A stretch of 64,000 nt of DNA, taken from NCBI RefSeq assembly GCF_009914755.1, contig NC_060934.1, one strand, 5' to 3'. Of the stretch, positions 13,343 to 24,418 are shown one piece after another. The stretch is from the human T2T-CHM13v2.0 reference genome, Homo sapiens. The notes under the pieces were generated by a model that had not been told where the DNA came from, did no database searches, and worked only from the letters and a program-made list of their open reading frames with translations. A program made the translations under genes and the position numbers. Within the stretch, counting starts at the first letter, position 1; each line of letters opens with the position of its first letter.

Positions 13343-13515
13343 CAAATTTAGCCATATAAAAATTTTAATTACAATGTCATCTAATCCATCGGAGTTGTTT
13401 GTTTTACTTATTACTTTATGGCTTCTTGGCTTTTTTGCCCCTCTCCACAAAATTATACAAATATTTTCTTCAAAAGTTTTGTCTTTTATATATTATATTT
13501 AAAGCTATAACTCAT

Positions 13516-13518
<3 letters not shown>

Positions 13519-13554
<36 letters not shown>
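13519..13554. repeat. (GT)n microsatellite
   Basis: Perfect GT run. Confidence 0.95.
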
Positions 13555-13555
<1 letters not shown>

Positions 13556-13609
13556 GCATGTGATATGAGATGAGGTATACTTTTATATTCTTCTAATGGA
13601 ATAGTTATA

Positions 13610-14000
13610 TCATCAACCAGGATCCTGGTATGAAAAATATCAAACAGGGTAAAAGTAGACAACTTAATAAAAGGATAATTTATAAGGAAGAGGGCAAGGT
13701 TGAGGGAAACCAAGAAACAGTGAAGCATCCTTCTCCTTCATTAGACTTGGAGAGGTAAGAGGAGGAGAGATGTGTTATCAGGACCTTGCAGGAGAAGGCC
13801 ATTAAATGAATTTATTGCCCCAGGAGAGCAATGAAACAAACTCACAGTCCAACAGAGAGGTACATGGAGGAATATATACACAACATCACTCTGCTTTTAC
13901 TCTCTAAGTCCATCTCTTTGTTGTCTGTCTTAGGCTGAATTCAATAAGAAACCAGATAACAAGGGGACTGATCAAGGTAGTCCACACCTTTGGTCTCAGT
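13610..14000 (-). mobile_element. Old ERVL-type solo LTR (LTR33-like)
   Basis: GGGCAAGGTTGAGGGAAACCAAG...TAGGCTGAATTCAATAAGAAACCAGA; reverse-homologous to 31330-31826. Confidence 0.5.
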
Positions 14001-14019
14001 GAATGGTGAGGGTTAGAGA

Positions 14020-14560
<541 letters not shown>

Positions 14561-15941
14561 TAGCAGCAATACAGCGGGATAAATGGAAAGTATCTAGTTA
14601 TTCTAGATTAAATAATCGATCCCTTTTCCACTAAATTTAATGGCCATCTTTTACCTATATTAAATTACTTTATTAAATAAAAATGTTTCCTCAACTTTCT
14701 GTTTTCTTCTGCTTATCCACTTCCCTATCCTTATTCTAATCACACACCATTAACATGAAAGGGACTTTCTAATGTGAGGTAGATATAAATGCTTCATCAC
14801 TATTGACCACATTTTTGTTCCTTTTCTTAATTATTTCCATATATTTATTCTTCTATATGAAATTACATGTGGGCCTACATTTTCTTTTCTTTCCAAAAAA
14901 TGTCTGTCAGCTGGTGATATGATTCAAAGTATATTTTTAAAAGTATAATTAAATAATCTGATGCTTAATATATTTGGTAGGAAACAACATTTTCATGTTA
15001 ATTGATATCATGTAGTAAAATGATCTGTTACTCTACTTATCAAGATCTTATTTTATGCTCTTCTATAACTTTTTTAGATTTTATATTAGGTGCCTATATA
15101 TATATGTATATCTATCTATCTTATTAAATTTATTTTTAAGTATTTTATATTTTTGTGGTCATTATTATAAATACTCTTTTTCATTTTCATTCTTGACATT
15201 ACTTTTGAATAAAGAAAACTTTTGGAATTTCTAGATTTATAATCAAACATCTAATTAACTTATTAATTCCTGTATATTGGATTCACTTGGATTTTTCTAA
15301 AATACAAGCATGTAATCAATTCTTCAAAGTTAATTGTATTTTTTTCATGTTATGAAATATTTTGAATTCTATTAATTGGATAAACATTTGTTAAAGTACT
15401 GATTAATAGTGGCGATATCGATCATACCTGTTTGGATCCAGATTTCAGTGAAAATGACTTCAACATTTAGCTTTTTAAGATGATGCTTGCTATCAGTTTG
15501 GGGTTGATAAATAGGATCATATATAGGTAGTTTCGTACTATTTGTATTTTACTTTCATTGAATTTTACTTAGATTGCATTTTTGTTCTTTTACATTAATA
15601 TATGTCTCATTTAATATTTTGTGGATGTTACTTTTTACTTTAAAGACAGTGTTCACATTTTGATAGATTAACACTGAATATTTTTGGCACTCCTAGAATA
15701 ACCCCAACTTGCTGAGAAGTATCTTATTCTGACATATGATTTATTGATATTTTAACTTGGATTTTCACACCTATATTTATAAATGAGTTTTGTCTGTGGT
15801 GTTTGTACTATCATCTATTTTAGGTTTGGTTAAGAAAATTTATGCTAACCCACAAAATTAATTGGACTTTTCTTTGGTATGGACCTATAAGAATTATTAA
15901 TCAGTTTTAACTAAATTTTTATGTAACTCCTGAGGAACTAA

Positions 15942-16253
<312 letters not shown>

Positions 16254-17549
16254 TTCAGTTACATTTATTTAACAAATTTCGAAAACTTTCCTTTGATCAT
16301 TTTTCTGTTCAGGCTTTATAACTTTCTCAAAGTATTATTTATATTTTGTTACAAAATTATCTATTTTTCATAGTTTCAATATGTTTTCAAAGAGTTCTAC
16401 ACAATGGTATTTTTTAACTTTCTATAATTTTTACAGAAATCAGGTTAATACTTTTCATTCTTAATTTTGGATGTATTTATTTCTTTTCTTTAATCAAACC
16501 AACCAATGTTTTGAAAAGTAGCTATTTATTGGATTAGATGTAATTTCTCCACTTTCTTATTTCATTGATTTCTATTTTTATCTTTATTAAAACATTCCTC
16601 TCAATATTTTGGTTCATTTTTATTTTTACTTTACTAGGTTCTTGAAATAAATAATTTATTCACAAGTTTATTTTTTAAATTTAAAAATATTTAGAGGTAC
16701 AAGTGTTTCTCTGAGTACAGCTTTAGCTTAAACTCATATTTTGCTATGATTTATTACTTTGATTCACATCTAGATAATTTATAATTCTAGGTATAACATC
16801 ACTTGAATTAGGAAATATTTATAATATTGTTTCTTACCTTTGAAGGGGTATAATTTTGTTTTCTTGTTATATGTTTGTTTCTTTGTTGTTATGTAATCTG
16901 ATTTGACTATGATAAAAGAATTCATCCTATAAAGTACCAAATATTTGGAAGTTTAGATTTTCTGTTACTAATTAATTATATTAGTGGGCTTTTCAGTGAA
17001 TATTTCATCAATTTAAGAAAAGAATATGTATACATGTGATGATCTCTGTGAAAATACTTGATTATATTTCATATTTTGACTTTTGACTACTGGATGTATC
17101 AAATTCTGTAAAATATCTTCCTTTATGTATTTCCCTTCTTTGAGGTTTGGTACTAGAAGGTAATGACTAGTCTATTACTATAGGTTGTATACATTGGAAA
17201 AGAAAGCTATTCCTTTATTATTAAATAATGGAGTTAGCATTGAATGAAACATTATTATTAATAAAGCCAGTTTCTATTTTTGCACTTACATAATGTATTA
17301 CCATATTTATAGTAAATACAAAATATATATTATAAATGAATGCGTGCATATACATTTCGTTTATTTTAAACACACGTTTAATTAAAACATAACATTATTA
17401 AGGGGTAAAAATAAAATCATAGTTAGCTAAACTATTACGAAGTGACCATCCTGCTGTAACCACCACCAAAAGAAATGCTATATATTCAGTTTCAAAAACC
17501 TCCCTTGTGCCCCATTTCAGTAATTTCCCGCTGTACAACTTTGTATACA

Positions 17550-18522
17550 TACAAGGCAGAAAGACTTTTAGGGGCTTCCCCCGAAGCCCTACTAATACGG
17601 TTTGGCTGTGTCCCCACTAAAATCTCAATTTGAATTGTATCTTCCAGAATTCCCATGTGTTGTGGGAGGAACCAAGGGGGAGGTAACTGAATCATAGGCG
17701 CTGGTATTTCTCGTGCTAGTCTCAGGATAATGAGTAAGTTTCATGAGATCTGATGGGTTTATCAGGGGTTTCCGCTTTTGCTGCTTCTTCCTCATTCTCT
17801 CTTGCTGCTGCCATGTAGGCAGTGCCTTTTGCCTTCTGCCATGATTCTGAGGCCTCCCCAGCCATGTGGAACTGTAAGTCCAATTAATTAAACCTTTTTT
17901 TATTCCCAGTCTCGGGTATGTCTTTATCAGTAGTGTGAAAGCAGACTAATATACCTAACAATAACTCTTCTTGTATTCATGCCTTTGTATAAACCCATCC
18001 TACTGAGTATGGGTAGGCCTTGTGATTTGTTTCTAACCAAAAGAACACAATAAAGGTGATGAGATGTCACTCGAGCTTAAATTATGTTATATATGACTTC
18101 ATTTGCTAGCAAATTGGCTCTGCAGACACTTATTATTGGCTTGATGATGTAAGTGATCATGTTGAGGAAACCACAGGGTCAGGAATTGAGGGCAGGAACT
18201 CCAGGAAGCCTCTAGGACCTGCGGGCAGCTTCAGGTTAACAGTCAGCAAGAATTGGGATATCTCGATCCTACAATGCCAAGGAAATGAATTCTGCCAACA
18301 TCCTGGGTGCATTTGGAAAGAAATTCTCAGCCAAACCTGCATGTGACAATTCAACTGAGCAGACACTTTGATCTCTGCTTTGTGAGATCCTACACCGAGG
18401 ACCCAGCTAAACCATGCCTGACCTCCTAACCCACAGAAATCATGAAATAAATAATGAATGTGTTGTTTTAAGCCTCTACATTTGTTGTAATTTGTTATGC
18501 AGTGATGATACATAAGTAATAT
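17550..18522 (+). mobile_element. MLT1E-type MaLR LTR interrupted by THE1A
   Basis: TTGTGATTTGTTTCTAACCAA...CAAGGAAATGAATTCTGCCAAC...GTGTTGTTTTAAGCC...TTTGTTATGCAG; homologous to 29076-29652. Confidence 0.8.
17593..17953 (+). mobile_element. THE1A solo LTR
   Basis: TAATACGGTTTGGCTGTGTCCCCAC...GGGTTTATCAGGGGTTTCCGCTTTTGC...GACTAATATA; 5-bp TSD CCTAC/CCTAA. Confidence 0.9.
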
Positions 18523-18684
18523 ACCCCATTATGAATTCTATCACCGTAAATTTGCCTATTTAGAACTTTATATTAATAGAATCATTAAGTGTATGGTCAT
18601 AGGTATTTGGCTTAACTCTATATTATGTGCTCCTGCAGGTTTTTGATGCCTTCTTAATACATATAAAATTTAAACTTCATCTGC

Positions 18685-18999
18685 TTTTTTTCTTTCTTTC
18701 TTTCTTTTTTATTTTTTGAGACAGGGTCTCACTCTGTTGCCCAGGCTGGAGTGCAGTGGGCCAATCACAGCTTACTGCAGCCTTGACCTCTTGGGCTGAA
18801 GCGATTCTCCCACCTCAGCCTCCCAAGTAGCTTGGACTACAGGCATGGGCCACCATGCCTGGCTAATTTTTGTATTTTTTGTAGAGACCTGGTATCACCT
18901 GTTGCTCAGGCTGGTTTCAAACTCCTAGGCTCCAAGTGATCTGCCTGCCTGGGTCTCCCAAAGTGGTGGGATTACAGGCATGAGCCACCACACTCGGCC
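18685..18999 (-). mobile_element. AluJ (Jb-like), full length
   Basis: GAGACAGGGTCTCACTC...CACAGCTTACTGCAGCCTTGACCTC, J-type diagnostics. Confidence 0.92.
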
Positions 19000-19856
19000 T
19001 CTATTTGTTTTTATGAGTGTTTTGACCTGTATGTCTGGTACTCCACTAGGCAACTACAGCCAGTTCTAATTATTTTAGGAGTTCAAGTGTCAAGCAGGAA
19101 GATGACAAAAAGTGCAGATGAGAAACACATATTTAATCACCCATCTTCCCCAATTCTCCTCTGTTTCATTTTATTACTAAATTATACTAAATAACAAATT
19201 ATTCCTTATTTCAAATTTTTTGTTTAACTTTGAAAATATACATATAGACTTATCTTTAGTTTAATTCACAATTTAAATATTTTCTTCAGTTATTTTGGGT
19301 GAATGCTACTTACAAATCCTGGTGATAAAAGAGTTTTATTTTGCCACTAGCTAATATGGAGTGTTCTCATAGAGCTATAAATAAACTCAATACTCATTAT
19401 GCAAATGAATAGAACCAGACAAAATTAAATGGGTTCAGCTTGGTGGCATCGTTTCAGAGATCTAATTTGGGGGTTTCAGTCCTCTAGGCTGAGAGAGCTG
19501 TGGGAGCCACATTAAGTTGCTCTTAATAAATAATAAACCATATCAAGCAGAAATTGCATTGAGAGGGGTATGACCTTAGGTAGTTCAGGGGAAGAGTTAC
19601 AGGGAGATGACACTAGGTGCTGATGATAACTTCTTCATACACTGCTCCACGCCTGAAGGTGACTTACTGTGATCAACTCTTAGCCTTCAGTTTTTAAGGA
19701 TGAAACATCTATTTTTACTAGCTTCTTTCTGATAATCTAGGAGGTATATAATCTCATCTATTTAACATTTCAAAAGATAGGCAGAGATCAACAAGAAAAG
19801 TTAACCAATGTGTTGACCTTGAAACTAAATCTAGGTAAGATTCTTGGCTCTGCCAA

Positions 19857-19887
<31 letters not shown>

Positions 19888-19935
19888 TGCGTGCATGCAC
19901 ATATACACACACAAACCCACACACATACACACACC
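19857..19935. repeat. (CA)n microsatellite with degenerate extension
   Basis: AC run followed by CA/TA-rich sequence. Confidence 0.9.
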
Positions 19936-20385
19936 TGTATATATTTGGGCAGATAACTTCAACTTCCTGAGTTTTTATTTCCTTGTTGATTACAACATAA
20001 TAATAAGGGTGAGAAGGATGGACCAGATAATCTGATAGGGACAACTAAAATGATAGGCAATATAATTCACAGTCCTGGTTTACAGAAGGGTTAAACTAAT
20101 GCTAGGTAAGAAAATATAGGAACTAATTAGTGAGTAGGTCTCAGTTTCTTTAATTCAATTTCTGATTTTTATTTTTTTTTACTATGACACTAATTTCTAA
20201 GTACATTTGAGCTACAAAAAGTATATACATGATTTCACATTCTTGTCTAGACAACATCAGAGTGTCCATAGAATCTGTAAGATAATTGGCAGCTATATTG
20301 GAAAACACAGCTGAGACTGCTGTGGTGAGTAAAATAATTTCATCAATGAATAACCACTTTCGATTATAGATGATATGTAGAGAAA

Positions 20386-20678
20386 TCTATATATTCCGTA
20401 TTCGTAGTCAACAATGTTAAACCATGAAGAGAGACATCAACCCCTGCCCCAAAGAGAAACGGAAGGATAAATTGTAACAATGTGGTCTAATTATGTTAGA
20501 GTCAATCCTCATTGTGAAACCTAAATATGGTCTAACAAAACAGATTTCACAATGAGAGTTGACTCTAACATATTAAGACCACATTGTTACAATTCATCCT
20601 TTCATTTTTCCTTGGGGCAGGGGTTGATGTCTCTCTTCATGGTTCAACATTGTTGTATAAGAATACAGAATACATAGA
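20386..20678. repeat. Long inverted repeat: 134-bp arms, 25-bp spacer
   Basis: 20386-20519 versus the reverse complement of 20545-20678 aligns without gaps at 119/134 identity (hand count). Confidence 0.95.
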
Positions 20679-22052
20679 CCATATTTAGATTCTAACAAAA
20701 CAAAGACCATATTTAGGGTCTAACAAAACAAAGTTTTCACAATGATGATTGACTCCTGGCCAGCTTCAGAAAAAGAAAGAAATTTGTAATTTTTACCAAC
20801 TGTATTTCCCATTTAAGAAACAAATGAATGGGTAAGAATAATAAAATTAGACTTTATTTGATGTTTACGAAAATGCTTTATATATGTAATTTGAATATTC
20901 ACTGATCATCCCATGAGAAGTAGATATTATTGCCACTGCCAGATATAACAATTCATCTGCATTTTTCAGGTGGAAAATTTGACTTGAATTTTGTAGTATA
21001 ACCAAGAAAAATAGGAGAGCCCTATAATTGGCTCAGAACATCTAAATAACCCCAACTCTTCAAAGAGACCTGTAATTACTTTGATGAAGTTGTCTAAACA
21101 TCCATCCATCCTGTCTTTGAAGGATTAGATGCAGAAAAAGCAGATATTTCTCTAATACTATCTGCTAATCTCAAAGAAGTGTTTTCAAATGGGAGAGAAA
21201 AGGTCAATTTTTTTCTTACAAGCTGCTTTTAAAGTATTATTACAAGATAATTGCAATTTCCAACTAATCAAAGATATGTTTAGGTGCTCAGATAATTTTA
21301 TATGCAACTCATACTTTCTATAACCAGCCTCATGTGTATAATTCCCCAAATCTACTTGGGAAAAAAATTGCCTTTTTCTGCTGGGCACTGAGATTCTGAA
21401 ATAAAACCCACAAAGCCATTGCCGGCTTAAACCAGTGGCAGGTCACTAAGGAAGGTCTGCATCTGCCAGGTAAGACTCAATCTCTTCCCCTTAGATCTCA
21501 CTCCTGGTATTCTTCTAACAAATAACCATTTTCTCTATGCTATGTCTTGTACAGCATCTTCAACAGTCTTAATGCTTACTTGAACCTGTGTGTTACAGTC
21601 ATTAAGACAGCAGTATTGTTTTAATGAGACATTTCCATTCCACCCAAGCCTTAATGACTACTTTCAGGTATCTTTTACGAGAATCCTGGGCAGTTGTTTT
21701 GAAGATCATATGCAAGAAAATAAAGTTACTGTAAGCCAGAGCAAAGTTTGATGGGTTACTAGGATGAATGTCTTATTTTCTTGGGACAAAGAGCAGAAAC
21801 TAGTGACTAGTGAAGGCTGCAAATTTTCAAGAATAAAATCTATTTCAAAATAGGAAGATAGATAATACTTCCGGTTTTAATGTTCAGCTTATAGGCAATA
21901 GAACAGGCTAATAATATTGTCTAATTAGAGTATTATAAAGACATTATTGTGATTTATTTTATAGCGAATGATTCTAAATTCTAAAAAGATAAATGATTTG
22001 TTCAAGTCCACATAGCAAACCTTGAGGATCACTCCTACCTAAGAAGATCTTG

Positions 22053-22357
22053 GGCCAGGCACGGTTGCTCACGCCTGTAATCTCAGCACTTTGAGAGGCT
22101 GAGGCGTGCGGATCACTTGAGGTTAAGAGTTTGAGACCAGCCTGGCCAACATAGTGAAACCCCGTCTGTACTAAAAATACAAAAATTAGCTGGGCATGGT
22201 GGCACGCAGCTGTAGTCCCAGCTACTCAAGAGGCTGAGACAGGAGAATTGTTTGACCCGGGAGGCAGATGTTGTAGTGTGCCGAGTTCATGCCACTGCAC
22301 TCCAGCCTGGGAGACAGGGCAAGACTCCGTCTCAAAAAAAAAAAAAAAAAAAAAAAA
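22053..22357 (+). mobile_element. AluS (Sz/Sx-like), full length
   Basis: Complete dimer with A24 tail; TSD AAGATCTT on both sides. Confidence 0.95.
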
Positions 22358-23179
22358 GATCTTAGAGCAGAATAGCGTGGAGCAGAATTGCTGCCATGCT
22401 GTTTTATAGTCCACACCCCCTATAATTCCTGCCGAGCACCTGAAGTTCAACTTTTCCTCCTCTGCTCTTTGCTCCGTGACTTCCTAACATGGCAATGCAG
22501 CAAAACCTGATCTTGGCAATACTTTCTTCCTGGATCCTCCTTTATCAAGGCTGAACATCTCATTAGCCTATCAGGTTGGTTTCTTCCCTTCGATGATTAA
22601 GGTGTTTTTTCCTTTTACTCTAAAGAAATAACAAACAGCTCTTATCTGCACTTCTTATGAAAAGGCTTTTGCTTAAACACCAGCTTGCTGTATGTGAAGT
22701 GTATGTATTTTTGAACCTGAGAGTCAATCATCACCCAATTATCATCTTAGGCATTACTTGAGAACTTTGTTTTTCTTGTTTTCTGTGCACCTGATATATC
22801 ACGAAGAACAAGTTTCTGTAGGGGAATCAAGGAGGCAGTTGCCATCTATTTATCAGAATAATTAAAAACAGTATCCAAATGGAATCAGGCAATGAATACA
22901 AAACAGGGAGATGCTAAATTGATTTAGAAAATAAAATTGAATCTTTGGATATCTTGAGGCTTGGAGTCTCAGGATGAGAAGACACACCAAAGGTCATCTC
23001 ATTCCTCTGTGAAATACCTGGCCCCTTGGTCACTCTGTGCTTAAAAATGCTAATGTGGGAACCTTACTATTGACAAAGGCAACCCATTCCATTTTTACAT
23101 GCTTCTGACTCTCAATTTGTTATTATATTTTGTTTTGTTTCTTATTTATATATGTGTGTATATATGTATACATACATGA

Positions 23180-23590
23180 AATGTATATATAGTCACAGAA
23201 AAATTGAGCAGAAAGTACAAAGAGTTCCTGTATATTTCCTCCCCCTCCACTCCCCCAGCCTTTCCTACCATCAACATCCCCCATGAGAGTGGTACATTTG
23301 TTACAATTGATGAGCCTGCATTGACATATAATTATCATGTATAGTCTATAGTTGACATTAGGATTCCATCTTGGTATTTTACATTCTATGGGTTTTGACG
23401 AATGTATAATGACATGTATCCACTAATATAGTATCATAAAAAATAGTTTCAATGCTCTAAAAAATCTCTAAGCACTGCTTATTTATCTCTCCATCCACCT
23501 CCCCAACCTCTGGCAACTACTGATCCTTTCACTATTTTGCCTTTTACTGAATGTCTTGTCATTGGAACTCTACAGTATGTCTCCCTTAAA
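23180..23590 (-). mobile_element. L1MC1/2-like 3' end
   Basis: AAAATTGAGCAGAAAGTACAAAGAGTTCC...GTGGTACATTTGTTACAATTGATGAGCC. Confidence 0.8.
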
Positions 23591-24154
23591 TGTATATCTA
23601 CTGGTCCCAGTTCTCTCATTTGGAGCTATACAGGAAGACAGAATATTTCTTCCTTAGCCCTTCAGCTATTTAAGAAGAGCTACCCAGTCCTTTTAGAGTT
23701 TATGATTTTTCAGGCCCAAACCTTGTCATTCTACTGATTATCTTAGGATATGCATCTGTGATTCATCTTAAAACCATGAAAGAAAAGTAGTAAGAGGTAA
23801 TTATTATGAATGACTTGAGTGAAGTAAATGTACATAAGCTAGTAAGGTAGAGACAAAAACCCATTCAGCTTTCAAGGACAAAGCTAAGGGGCACTTCTTC
23901 CAGGACACCATCCATGGTCATCTCAGCCAGTAGAGCCCAGACAATTCTCTGTGGAACGTCAGGTGGTGTCAATTCAGATGCTTATACCTTTATAGAATGG
24001 TTGTGATTGATTCCTTTTTCTAGGATGATACCATAGAAAGGAAATTATCCTGGTGGATCCACAGATTTGGATGCATTCTAGCATACCCTCCATGTAATCT
24101 GGGGAAATAATCTCCTTTTTACTTGTTAGCTCAACCATGAAGAAGGAATTTGTA

Positions 24155-24360
24155 ATACAACAATAATAATTACCATTTATTAAATATCTAACGTGCTTTG
24201 AAGATATTTTCTTGATATTACAACAACCTTTCTTGATATTACCACAACTTTTCTTGATATTACAACAACCTATTCAAGGAGCAACAATTCAGAGAGGTTA
24301 AGCCACATGCCCAACATCACCCAACTGATAAGTAATATGATTTTAAACTCTTCGGTCTGA
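24155..24360 (-). mobile_element. MIR containing a 3 x 21-bp tandem repeat
   Basis: TACCATTTATT...CAGAGAGGTTAAGCCACATGCCCAACATCAC; unit TTTCTTGATATTACAACAACC at 24208-24270. Confidence 0.65.
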
Positions 24361-24418
24361 AGCTAAAATAATAAAACTTTATTGATAAAATTATTAAATT
24401 ATTAAAATATATAGTAGA

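Noticed and set aside
20676-20731. Short repeats resembling a CRISPR-like repeat-spacer array
   Set aside because: Only two adjacent units with no unique spacers, all pieces derive from the neighbouring hairpin loop, and the context is primate
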